A stretch of DNA of 64,000 nucleotides from assembly GCA_963708135.1 (NCBI GenBank), contig OY970192.1, forward strand, positions 2,272,001 through 2,336,000, in the 5' to 3' direction. Shown here in pieces: positions 19,011 through 27,932 of this stretch. Below the pieces are notes generated by a model that saw only the letters and a list, made by a program, of their open reading frames with translations, was not told the origin of the DNA and made no database searches. The stretch is from an uncultured Gemmatimonadales bacterium (GTDB lineage Bacteria; Gemmatimonadota; Gemmatimonadetes; Longimicrobiales; RSA9). Position 1 is the stretch's first letter; every line of letters starts with the position of its first letter. The position numbers were made by a program, and so were the translations under genes.

Positions 19011-20588
19011 TCACACGCGGACGAGCACGGCGGTCCGATCGTCGGGCGGCACGCTGAGCTCCGCCCCTTCCGCGGTCGCGAACACGCGCTCGAGCACCTC
19101 CGCGAGCGGCTGGCCGAGCAGCTCATGGACCCGGCCGAGCAGCGCCGCCTCGCCTGCCGCGCCGCTGCCGAAGGCGTCCGAGAGCCCGTCCGTGAACAGG
19201 AGCAGCACGTCCTCCGCGTCGGTCCACGGCACCGCCGCCTCGCCGTAGTCGTGGAAGGTCACGATGCCGAGCGGCGGGCTGGTGGCGCCCAGGCGCAGGG
19301 CCACGCCTTCGTGGCGCAGGGCGAACGCGTGCGGGTGGCCGGCGTTCGAGTAGACGAGCCGTCCGTGCGCCGGGTCGAGCACGCCGTAGAAGAGCGTCAG
19401 GTACATCTCCGTCGTCTCGAGCTCGTCGATGAGCGCCGCGTGGACCCGGCGCAGCACCTCGGCGGGCGGGTCGGACTCCTGGGCCGAGATGGCGACGGCG
19501 CTCATGGTGAGCGCCATGATCAGCGCGGCCGCGAAGCCGTGGCTGGAGACGTCGCCGATCATGACGCCCAGCCGGTCGCCCGAGAGGCGGAACAGGTGGT
19601 AGAAGTCGCCACCCACCGACTCGGCGGGGACGCAGCGCGCGGCCACATCCGCGGTGCCGTCGAAATCGGAGGTGTCGGGGAGCAGCTTCAGCTGGAGGTC
19701 GTGCGCCAGCTCGAGCTCGCGCATGAGCCGCTCCTGGCTGAGGCTCTCCTGCATGAGGCGCTGCGTCTCCAGCGCGGCGCCGACCTGGCTCGCGATGGCC
19801 GCCAGCAGGCGCGCGTCGCCGGCCGTGAAGCGCACGTTCGAGCGCCGCCCCACCAGCGTGATGACGCCCACCGTGCGGGCCTCCCCCTCGGGCGGCGTAT
19901 AGCTGATCGGGACGGACAGGAAGGCCTCGCGCCCGTGCGGCCGCGGGTCCAGGTTCGTGCCGCGCGGCAGCGCCGTGCCGCGCTCCAGATTCAGCGGCTG
20001 GCGCTCGCGGAACACCCAGGCCGTGGCCGAATCCGGGTCGTCCACGGGAATCGGCTGGCGCGGCGCCTCCTCCCCCTCGGCGGCGCGCGGGTAGAGCTTG
20101 CCGTCCGCGGGATCGAAGACCCAGATCGACGCGCGCCGCGCGCCCAGCACATCCGCCACCTCCGTGAGGATACGCCCGGCGGCCGACTCGAGCGTGAGCA
20201 CGGAGCCGAGGATCTCGCTGATCGAGTAGAGCAGGTTGATCTCCTCGTACTTCTCGCTCAGCTCGTGCGCCGCGGAGCGCGCCTCCTCCTCGTAGGCGAA
20301 CGCCTGGCGCAGCGCGTCCCCGAGGAAGCGCGCCGCGATCGGGTCCGCCTCCCCGTCCACCTCCAGCCCGAGCGTCCCGCCGCCCGGCAGCGTCAGCGCG
20401 CGCATCGGCCCCACCGGCGCCGGCGGCGCGCCGTCCTCCGCCCCCGATGGCTGTACCCGCGTCCAGCCGCCGTCGAGCGGGGTCCACAGCCGCACGTCCA
20501 CGCCTGGCTGCGCGACCCGGAACGCCTCGAGCAGCGCCGCCACCCCGCGCGGCAGCCGATCGCGCGTCGGCACCGCCGTCGCCGTCAC
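19011..20588 (-). CDS. GAF-domain PP2C/SpoIIE-family phosphatase (RsbU-like)
   Basis: Central GAF-like segment; ELELA..LQ..LLP, VGGDFY, IGDVSSHG, NAGHP, FTDGL, DD.T. Confidence 0.92.
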   Translation of the reverse strand: MTATAVPTRDRLPRGVAALLEAFRVAQPGVDVRLWTPLDGGWTRVQPSGAEDGAPPAPVGPMRALTLPGGGTLGLEVDGEADPIAARFLGDALRQAFAYEEEARSAAHELSEKYEEINLLYSISEILGSVLTLESAAGRILTEVADVLGARRASIWVFDPADGKLYPRAAEGEEAPRQPIPVDDPDSATAWVFRERQPLNLERGTALPRGTNLDPRPHGREAFLSVPISYTPPEGEARTVGVITLVGRRSNVRFTAGDARLLAAIASQVGAALETQRLMQESLSQERLMRELELAHDLQLKLLPDTSDFDGTADVAARCVPAESVGGDFYHLFRLSGDRLGVMIGDVSSHGFAAALIMALTMSAVAISAQESDPPAEVLRRVHAALIDELETTEMYLTLFYGVLDPAHGRLVYSNAGHPHAFALRHEGVALRLGATSPPLGIVTFHDYGEAAVPWTDAEDVLLLFTDGLSDAFGSGAAGEAALLGRVHELLGQPLAEVLERVFATAEGAELSVPPDDRTAVLVRV

Positions 20589-21022
20589 GCCCGGCCCCGG
20601 CGGCGCCGCCGCGCGGGCCCGGACGAGAGCACCATCGTGATGGAGTTGCCGCGCTCGTTGAAGACCACCTCGTCCATCAGCTTGCGGATCAGGAAGATGC
20701 CGCGGCCGCCGGGGCGGCTGCGATTGTCGGGTAGCGTGGGATCGGGCAGGTTGCTGGGGTCGAAGCCGCCGCCCTCGTCGGTCACCTGGACCACGATGCG
20801 CTGCGGGCTGAGGTGCGCCTCCAGGCGCACGCGCTTGGCGGGATCGCGACGATTGCCGTACAGCATGGCGTTGGCCAGGGCCTCGGTCAGGCTGACCCGG
20901 AAGTTCAGGCGCAGCCGCTCACTCTCGAAGCCCGCGTCGCGGCTCCGGTCCATCAGGTAATGAACGGCCCGCTCGATCGTGCGCAGGTCGTTCGGCAGCT
21001 CCAGGATGTAATCCAGCGGCAT
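20585..21022 (-). CDS. Anti-sigma factor Ser/Thr kinase (RsbW-like ATP-binding protein)
   Basis: EALANA..YGN, DEGGGFD, GGRGIFLI..LMDEV. Confidence 0.9.
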   Translation of the reverse strand: MPLDYILELPNDLRTIERAVHYLMDRSRDAGFESERLRLNFRVSLTEALANAMLYGNRRDPAKRVRLEAHLSPQRIVVQVTDEGGGFDPSNLPDPTLPDNRSRPGGRGIFLIRKLMDEVVFNERGNSITMVLSSGPARRRRRGRA

Positions 21023-21091
21023 CGACGGCTCGGCGGAACGGGACGAGATCCTCCTTTCGATGATAGGGCCGGCCGGCCCCGGACGACAGCC

Positions 21092-21424
21092 TCAGAGGGA
21101 GGCCAGCGCCTCGTCCCGGCTGTCCGCGATGTGGAAGAGCGTGTCCAGCTTCGTGAGCTCGAACAGGGTGCGCAGGTCCTCGTTCAGGTTGGCCAGCCGC
21201 AGCTCGCCGCCCTGCTCCCGGATCTTCTTCGACAGGCTGACCAGGACGCCGAGCCCGGACGAGTCAATGTAGCCCGTGTTCGCGAAATCGATCAGGAACT
21301 TCCGCGCCCCGCCATCCAGCTCCTCCAGCACCTTCTGCTTCAGCTCCTGGCGGTTGCCGACGATCAGCTGCCCCTCAACGCCGATCACCGTCACCTCGCC
21401 CTGCTTGCTCACGTCGAATCCCAT
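21092..21424 (-). CDS. STAS-domain anti-anti-sigma factor (RsbV-like)
   Basis: ATG 21424; IDF....YIDSSGLGVLV (phospho-Ser motif), LFELTKL. Confidence 0.92.
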   Translation of the reverse strand: MGFDVSKQGEVTVIGVEGQLIVGNRQELKQKVLEELDGGARKFLIDFANTGYIDSSGLGVLVSLSKKIREQGGELRLANLNEDLRTLFELTKLDTLFHIADSRDEALASL

Positions 21425-21536
21425 GGTGCCCCCTGTGATGTGTGTTGCCCGTCCCCGGGCGGGGGCAAGGACCATGCCTTGTCCCGGTCCGGCCGCGGCC
21501 CGGGATCTGCCGGCGCCGCGGCCCCCGCCCGGACCG

Positions 21537-22547
21537 CTACGCCTGCAGCCCCGCAATGCAGGCCACGTTCACGATGTCTTCGTCCGACGCGCCGCGCGAC
21601 AGGTCGTTCACCGGCCGAGCGAGCCCCTGCAGGATCGGCCCGATCGCCTCCGCCCCCGCCAGGCGCTGCACCAGCTTGTAGGCGATGTTGCCGGCATCCA
21701 GGTCCGGGAACACGAGCACGTTGGCCTGCCCCCGCAGCGGGGAATCCGGCGCCTTCCGCGCCGCCACGTCCCGGATCAGCGCCGCGTCCACCTGCAGCTC
21801 GCCGTCCGCCGCCACGTCCGGCAACGCCGCGCGGAACAGCGCCAGCGCCTCCCGCACGCGCAGCACGCTCGGGCCCTCCGCGCTGCCCCGGGTGGAGTAG
21901 GACAGGAAGGCGACGCGGGGCTCGTCCCCCACGATCGCGCGCCGCGCCTCCACGGCCGCCCGCGCGATCTCGGCCAGCTGCTCCGCCGTGGGGTCCGGCA
22001 CGACACCGCCGTCGGTGAACGTCAGCACCTCCTCACCCAGGCCGCGGAAGTCCTTCACGAGCATGTAGAACGAGGAGGAGACCGTGCGGATCCCGGCCGC
22101 AGTGCCCACGCACCGGAGCGCCGCGCGCAGCACATCCGCCGTCGTCCGCACCGCCCCCGCCACCATCGCGTCGGCCTCGCCTTCCCGCACCATGAGCGCG
22201 CCGAACACGAGGGGGTCCTCCACCGCCTCGCGGGCCTCGGCCCGGCTGATCCCGGCCTCCCGGCGCAGCGCCTGGTACGCCAGGCCGTAGGCGTCCGCGC
22301 GCGGATCCGTGGCCGGATCGAGAACCGTCACGCCAGCGCCGGGCGCCGGCTCCGGCTCCTCGCGCCGCAGCGCGTCGAGCGCGCGGTGGAGCTCCGCCTC
22401 CGGACCGAGCAGGATCGGACGTGCCAGGCCGCCGCGCAGGAGGCGGAGCGCCGCCCGGAGCGTCCTCGGATCGAGCGCCTCCGGCAGCACGATCCGCCGG
22501 CACAGCGCGGCGGCGCGGAGGTGCAGCGTATCCAGAAAGTCGCTCAC
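21537..22547 (-). CDS. pta: Phosphate acetyltransferase (short PTA_PTB form)
   Basis: IVLPE..D.R.L.AA, AFLSYST.GS, DGELQ.DAA, ANVLVFP.L.AGNI.YK, GP.LQG...PVNDLSRG. Confidence 0.93.
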   Translation of the reverse strand: MSDFLDTLHLRAAALCRRIVLPEALDPRTLRAALRLLRGGLARPILLGPEAELHRALDALRREEPEPAPGAGVTVLDPATDPRADAYGLAYQALRREAGISRAEAREAVEDPLVFGALMVREGEADAMVAGAVRTTADVLRAALRCVGTAAGIRTVSSSFYMLVKDFRGLGEEVLTFTDGGVVPDPTAEQLAEIARAAVEARRAIVGDEPRVAFLSYSTRGSAEGPSVLRVREALALFRAALPDVAADGELQVDAALIRDVAARKAPDSPLRGQANVLVFPDLDAGNIAYKLVQRLAGAEAIGPILQGLARPVNDLSRGASDEDIVNVACIAGLQA

Positions 22548-23062
22548 CTCTCTTCCTCCCGCGAGCTCCGCGCGAGCACGGCCAACAGGCGGGCGTGCAC
22601 GGCGGGGGTCACGAAGTCGCGCACGTCGCCGCCCAGCGCGGCGATCTCGCGCACCAGCGAGGCCGAGAGGAAGGAGTACTGCACGTCCGGGGCGAGGAAG
22701 ATGGTCTCGATCTCGCCCCAGAGCTCCCGGTTCATGAGCGCCATCTGGAACTCGTACTCGAAGTCGGAGACGGCGCGCAGCCCGCGGATGATGAGGCGGG
22801 CCTGGTGGGCGCGGGCGAAGTCCACGAGCAGCCCCGTGAACTCCGCCACCTCGACCTTCGGCTCATCGGCGAACGTGTCGCGGATCATCTCGACCCGCTC
22901 CGCGATCGGGAACAGCCCCTCCTTCTTCTGGGTTGCCGTGTGCGCCACGGCCACCACGAGCCGGTCCGTGAACGTCAGCGCGCGCCGCACGATGTCCTCG
23001 TGGCCGCGCGTGATCGGGTCGAACGACCCGGGGTAGATGGCACTCCGGTTCTCTTGGCTCAT
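22544..23062 (-). CDS. coaD: Phosphopantetheine adenylyltransferase
   Basis: [34 protein letters not shown]. Confidence 0.97.
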   Translation of the reverse strand: MSQENRSAIYPGSFDPITRGHEDIVRRALTFTDRLVVAVAHTATQKKEGLFPIAERVEMIRDTFADEPKVEVAEFTGLLVDFARAHQARLIIRGLRAVSDFEYEFQMALMNRELWGEIETIFLAPDVQYSFLSASLVREIAALGGDVRDFVTPAVHARLLAVLARSSREEER

Positions 23063-23586
23063 TCCGGTGCGGGGATGGAGGTGAGGGCGGTTTCGCCGTA
23101 GCGGCGCGTCCGCGCGCCGGGCAGCGCGGGAAGCGGCGTCCTGGCCCGGTGCTCCAGCCAGAGCCAGCGGGCGAACGGCCGGCGCGCGAATGCCTCGACC
23201 AGCGCGGCGGCGGCGGCTTCATCGTAGGGCGGGTCGGCCAGCGCGACGTCGAAGGCCAGTGGCTCGAGCCCCTCGACGTAACGCAGCGCATCGCCCCGGA
23301 CCACGGTCGCCTCGCCCGCGGCGCCGAGCTTCTCCAGGTTGCCGGCGAGGGCCTTCAGGGCGCCGCCGGCGCGCTCGACGAACGTGGCATGCGCCGCGCC
23401 GCGCGAAAGCGCCTCCAGCCCGAGCGCGCCCGAGCCGGCGTAGAGGTCCAGCACGGCGGCTGCCGGAAGCAGTGGGAGCAGCGCGCTCATCCAGGCCTCG
23501 CGCACGCGGTCCGTCGTGGGCCGGGTGCGGCGGCCGGGCGGCGCCTGGATGACGTGCCCGCGCCAGCGCCCGGCGATGATCCTCAT
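23059..23586 (-). CDS. rsmD: 16S rRNA m2G966 methyltransferase
   Basis: ATG 23586 overlaps recJ stop. MRIIAG, RPT.DRVRE, LDLYAGSGALG.EALSRGA, DPPY. Confidence 0.93.
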   Translation of the reverse strand: MRIIAGRWRGHVIQAPPGRRTRPTTDRVREAWMSALLPLLPAAAVLDLYAGSGALGLEALSRGAAHATFVERAGGALKALAGNLEKLGAAGEATVVRGDALRYVEGLEPLAFDVALADPPYDEAAAAALVEAFARRPFARWLWLEHRARTPLPALPGARTRRYGETALTSIPAPE

Positions 23587-25352
23587 TCCACCCGCCGCAG
23601 ATCCACCAGCCGGGCCTGCAGGCGGGAGCGGCCCTTCCAGCGGTCCTCGACGAGCTGGAACGCGACGTCCAGCCGGGCGCGGCCGCCGGCGAGCTCGTCC
23701 GCCCGCTCGGCCATGCGGAACCCGATCGCAGCCAGCCGCACCCCGTCCTGCAGCAGCTCGAGCTTCAGGTGGTCCTTCCCCACGATCCGCGCTGGGCCAT
23801 GCATCGCCACCCCCCGGGCCGCGAACACCGGCGTGGGGTTTCCCACCCCGAACGGCCCGAGGTGGCGCAGGTAGCGGCACAGCTCCGACGTCGCCTCCGC
23901 CAATCGGACCTCGAGGTCGATCGCCAGCTCGGGGACCAGCGCTTCCGGCGGGAGCACGACGCGGGCATGGGCGTTCAGCGCCTCGCGGAACGCCGCGATC
24001 CGCGCCGGCTCGATGTCGAGCCCCGCCGCGGCGGCGTGGCCGCCGAAGCGCTGCAGGTGCGGCGCGCACGCGGCCAGCGCTTCGTAGAGGTGGAAGCCGG
24101 GGATCGAGCGGGCGCTGCCACGAGCCCTCGGCGCCGCGCCGTTCAGCGCGATGAGGACGGCCGGCCGGTGGATCCGCTCCACCACCCGCGACGCGACGAT
24201 GCCGATCACGCCCGGGTGCCACCCCTCCCCCGCGAGCACCACCACGCGGTCGGCCTCCGGGTCGAAGTCCCGCGCGAGCAGAGCCAGCGCCTCGTCCAGC
24301 GTGGCGCGGTCCAGCGTCTGTCGCTCCCGATTCAGCTCGCCGAGCCGCGCCGCCAGCGCAGCCGCCTCCGCCTCGTCCTCCGAGAGCAGCAGCCGCGCGC
24401 CGATGGCCGCGTCGTCGATCCGGCCCACGGCGTTCAGCCGCGGCGCCAGCACGTGGCTTACCTGCCCCGCCGCGAGCTCCTCCAGCTCGGCCAGCCCCGC
24501 CTCCCGCAGCATTGCGGCGAGGCCCGGGTTGCGCGTCTCGCGGAGCACGCGCAGCCCTACGCGCGCGAGCACCCGGTTCTCGCCCCGGAGCGGCACCAGG
24601 TCCGCGATGGTGGCCAGCGCCACCAGGTCGAGCTGGTACCAGAGCCACGTCTCTTCCAGCCCACGCGCCCGCGCGAGCGCCTGGCACACCTTGAAGGCGA
24701 CGCCCGTGCCCGCCAGCACCGCCTCCGGATAGCCGGAATCCGCGCGCTTCGGATCGACCACGGCCACCGCCGCGGGCAGCGTCGCCCCCGGCGTGTGGTG
24801 GTCCGTCACGATGACGTCGATCCCGGCCGCGCCCGCCGCCTCCACGGCGTCGTGGGCGAGGATGCCGCAGTCGCCGGTGAGGATCAGCCCCGCCCCCACC
24901 TCCACGGCCCGCCGCACGCCGCCCTCGCCGAGGTCGTAGCCGTCCGCGACGCGGTGCGGCACGAAGGTCTCCACCTTCGCACCGAGCCGCCGCAGCACGC
25001 GGGTATAGAGGCTGGCCGCGCAGATCCCGTCCACGTCGTAATCCCCGTGGACCAGGATCGTCTCGCCGGCATCGAGCGCGCGGGAGAGGCGGGCCGCGGC
25101 CGGCCCCACATCGGCGAGGAGGAGCGGGTCGAGGAGCTGATCGAGGCGGGGGCGCAGGAACCTGCGGGCGTCGGGATCCGTGCGGTGGCCACGCTGCACC
25201 AGCAGGCGGCAGAGAGGCAGCGGGAGTGACAGGACCTGCGCGAGGGCAGCGGCCGCCTCGGCGCCTTCCGCCTCCTCCGCTCGCGCCACCCACCGGGGGC
25301 GCGGCACCGAGAGCCGGGTCGGAGGCGTCGGACGCGCGGCCGGAGCGGTCAT
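23583..25352 (-). CDS. recJ: Single-stranded DNA 5'-3' exonuclease RecJ
   Basis: GDYDVDG, DCG, TDHH, ATIAD.VPL..ENR, PRLNA.GR, GV.GIVASR, GS.RS, GGH..AAG, PFG.GNP.P. Confidence 0.96.
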   Translation of the reverse strand: MTAPAARPTPPTRLSVPRPRWVARAEEAEGAEAAAALAQVLSLPLPLCRLLVQRGHRTDPDARRFLRPRLDQLLDPLLLADVGPAAARLSRALDAGETILVHGDYDVDGICAASLYTRVLRRLGAKVETFVPHRVADGYDLGEGGVRRAVEVGAGLILTGDCGILAHDAVEAAGAAGIDVIVTDHHTPGATLPAAVAVVDPKRADSGYPEAVLAGTGVAFKVCQALARARGLEETWLWYQLDLVALATIADLVPLRGENRVLARVGLRVLRETRNPGLAAMLREAGLAELEELAAGQVSHVLAPRLNAVGRIDDAAIGARLLLSEDEAEAAALAARLGELNRERQTLDRATLDEALALLARDFDPEADRVVVLAGEGWHPGVIGIVASRVVERIHRPAVLIALNGAAPRARGSARSIPGFHLYEALAACAPHLQRFGGHAAAAGLDIEPARIAAFREALNAHARVVLPPEALVPELAIDLEVRLAEATSELCRYLRHLGPFGVGNPTPVFAARGVAMHGPARIVGKDHLKLELLQDGVRLAAIGFRMAERADELAGGRARLDVAFQLVEDRWKGRSRLQARLVDLRRVE

Positions 25353-25380
25353 GGGGCGGGCGCCATCGCCGGTGGGCGGG

Positions 25381-26091
25381 TCAGGAGTCTTCGGCGTAGA
25401 GGATCACGCCGCAGGCCTCGCAGCGCATGAGCGAGCGCGCGGCACGGACCTCCGCCTGCTGCTGGATCGGCAGCACGTTGAAGCACTGGCCGCAGGCGCC
25501 GTCGTGCGTGAGGGCGGCCAGCACCCGTCGGCTGCGGCCGGCGTGCACGCGCTCGTAGAGGCGAGCCGCCTGCGGGTCGAGTCGAATCGTTTGGTTGGAG
25601 CGCTTCGCGCGCAGGACCTCGAGCGCTTCCTCGGCCTCCTTCCGGCCGGCCAGCAGCTCCTGCCTCCGGGGCTCGACATCCTCGCGTACCCGGCCGAGCT
25701 CCTTCTCCACGTCGTCGCCCTTGAGCTCCGTGCGCGTGGCCTGCTCCATCAGCTCCAGCGCCTCCTGCTCGTCCGCCAGCGCGGCCTTGCGCACCAGGTC
25801 CATCTCCGTGCGTACCGCGGCCTCCTCGCGCTGATTGCGGATCCGGCCCATTCGATCCTCGTAGAGCTTCAGCCGCTCCCGCTTCTGATTCGCGCCGCGC
25901 TCCAGCCGCTGCACGTCCCGGCGCAGTTCCTCCAGCCGCGTGCGCAGCCCCTCCAGGTCCCGCTCCAGCGCCACCACCGGCGCGTCCAGCTCTGCCATCC
26001 TCGGGGCGAACTCCGCCAGCTTCCGCTCGGCCCCGTCGATGTTCTCGTCCAGCTCCTGGAGCTCCAGCAGTGCTCTGTAAACCTCTTGCAT
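25381..26091 (-). CDS. Coiled-coil protein with C-terminal C4 zinc ribbon (DUF164/CT398-like)
   Basis: L..LQ..D, long heptad-rich body, YER, CGQC...CEACG.ILY. Confidence 0.88.
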   Translation of the reverse strand: MQEVYRALLELQELDENIDGAERKLAEFAPRMAELDAPVVALERDLEGLRTRLEELRRDVQRLERGANQKRERLKLYEDRMGRIRNQREEAAVRTEMDLVRKAALADEQEALELMEQATRTELKGDDVEKELGRVREDVEPRRQELLAGRKEAEEALEVLRAKRSNQTIRLDPQAARLYERVHAGRSRRVLAALTHDGACGQCFNVLPIQQQAEVRAARSLMRCEACGVILYAEDS

Positions 26092-27932
26092 TACGCGTCC
26101 GTTGTTGAGGGTCCTGACCGGTCCGGGCGAGCCGCGCTCCGGTGCCGCCGGTAGCGTGGGCTCACCTTGAAACCGAGGCGCGCGCCTTCGCGCTTCTTCA
26201 TGAGCTCCTGCTTGCGCCGCATCAGCTCCGCCTTCTCCGGCTCCGGGGCCAGCTCGAGCTGCCGCGAGATCTCGTCGATCTCAAGCAGCAGCCCGTCCGT
26301 GCGGATGTCCGCCACGGCGTCGGCAAAGGTCCGGTCGCCGTCCGTGATCTGCTGCGGCTCCTTCCGCAGCTCCGCGACCCTCGCGAGCGCGGGCGGCGTC
26401 AGGCCCAGTCCGGCCCCGTCCTCCTGCGGTGGCCCGTACTCGACCAGCGCCTCGAAGATCTGCCGGTGCACCGGGTCGCGCAGCTCGTCCGGCCGGATCG
26501 CCTCCGCCGCCTGCGGGATGCGCGCCTCGTCGGCGAGCATCAGCACGAGCAGCAGCCGCTCCGCGGCCCATTCCTCCTCGCGCACCACCCGGCGCGGCGC
26601 CACATCCGGCCGGCGCGCGGCGAGGCGCGCGCCGCCGAAGGGGGCGCCGGGCCCGAGCTCGCGCTCGATCGTCTCCGGCCGCACCCCCGTCCGCTCGGCG
26701 ACGCGCGTCACGTAGATGTCGCGCAGCGCCGGGTCCGTGACTGCGCGCAGCGTGGGCAGCAGCCGGTCCAGCCCGCGCCGCAGCCCCTCGACATCCTCGA
26801 GGTAGTGACGTTCATCCAGAATCTGAAGCTTCCGCTCCAGCACGTCCACCGCTGCCTCGACGTGCGGCCGCAGCGCGGCGGCGCCACCCTTGCGCACGAC
26901 CGAATCCGGATCTTCGCCCACCGGCAGTGTCACGACAAGGGGGTGCACCCCGGCGCGCAGCAGGGCATCCCCCGACCGGAACGTGGCGCGCAGCCCTGCC
27001 GCGTCGCTATCGTAGAGCAGATAGGCGGTGCGCGTGTAGCGCGCGACCAGTGCCGCCTGCTCCGCGGTCATGGCCGTGCCCAGGCCGGCCACCACGTTCT
27101 CGATCCCGCGCGCGGCCAGCGAAACGTAGTCCATGTACCCCTCGACCACCAGCGCGGACTCCTCCCGCCGGATCGCGCCCTTCGCCCAGTGGATACCATA
27201 CAGCAGGTCGCCCTTGTGGTAGATCGGCGTCTCGGGCGAGTTCAGGTATTTCGGCGTGTTCTCAGCGGCCTTCCCGAGCGCCCGGCCGCCGAACGCGACG
27301 ATCCGCCCGGTTATGTCCGGGATGGGGAAGATCAGCCGGTCGCGAAGCCGGTCGTACGGCTCCTCCATCCGCTCGCTCGTCTTGACCAGCCCGGCCTCGA
27401 GCAGCACCTCGTCCGCCATCCCGTGCGTCGCCGCCGCCTCGCGCAGCGCGCGCCAGGCGTCGGGCGCGAAGCCCAGCTGGAAACGCTCCGCCGCCGCCTC
27501 CTCGATCCCGCGCGCCTCCAGGTACGCCCGTGCCCGCGCCCCCGCGAGGTCGTCCCGCAGCATGCGCCGGAAGAAGTCGGCGGCGAAGGCGACGGCCTCG
27601 CGCACCGCGCGATGCGAGTCCTCCTCCCGCCGCGACTCCGAGGGCTCCGGGATCTCCACCCCGACCCGTCGCGCCACGGCGCGCACCGCGTCCTGGAACT
27701 CCAGCCCCTGCCGCTTCATGAGGAAGCTGAACACGTCGCCCGACTCGCCGCAGCCGAAGCACTTGTAGAACCCCTTGCCCGGCACCACGTAGAAGGAGGG
27801 CGTCTTCTCCTGGTGGAAGGGGCACAGCGCGCGGTACTCCTTCCCCGCCTTCTTCAGCGGCAGCTGCTCGCCGATCAGCTCGACGATGTCCGCCCGCGAC
27901 CGGACCTCCTCGACCAGCGAGTCCGGGATCAT
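26091..27932 (-). CDS. dnaG: DNA primase
   Basis: CPFH.EKTPSF, CFGCG, R..FPI, FGGR, KYLNSPET, VEGYMD, YDSD.AG, DPD. Confidence 0.97.
   Translation of the reverse strand: MIPDSLVEEVRSRADIVELIGEQLPLKKAGKEYRALCPFHQEKTPSFYVVPGKGFYKCFGCGESGDVFSFLMKRQGLEFQDAVRAVARRVGVEIPEPSESRREEDSHRAVREAVAFAADFFRRMLRDDLAGARARAYLEARGIEEAAAERFQLGFAPDAWRALREAAATHGMADEVLLEAGLVKTSERMEEPYDRLRDRLIFPIPDITGRIVAFGGRALGKAAENTPKYLNSPETPIYHKGDLLYGIHWAKGAIRREESALVVEGYMDYVSLAARGIENVVAGLGTAMTAEQAALVARYTRTAYLLYDSDAAGLRATFRSGDALLRAGVHPLVVTLPVGEDPDSVVRKGGAAALRPHVEAAVDVLERKLQILDERHYLEDVEGLRRGLDRLLPTLRAVTDPALRDIYVTRVAERTGVRPETIERELGPGAPFGGARLAARRPDVAPRRVVREEEWAAERLLLVLMLADEARIPQAAEAIRPDELRDPVHRQIFEALVEYGPPQEDGAGLGLTPPALARVAELRKEPQQITDGDRTFADAVADIRTDGLLLEIDEISRQLELAPEPEKAELMRRKQELMKKREGARLGFKVSPRYRRHRSAARPDRSGPSTTDA

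Noticed and set aside
25353..25380. RNase P RNA, often found after the C4 zinc-ribbon gene
   Set aside because: Only 28 nt separate the gene from recJ.
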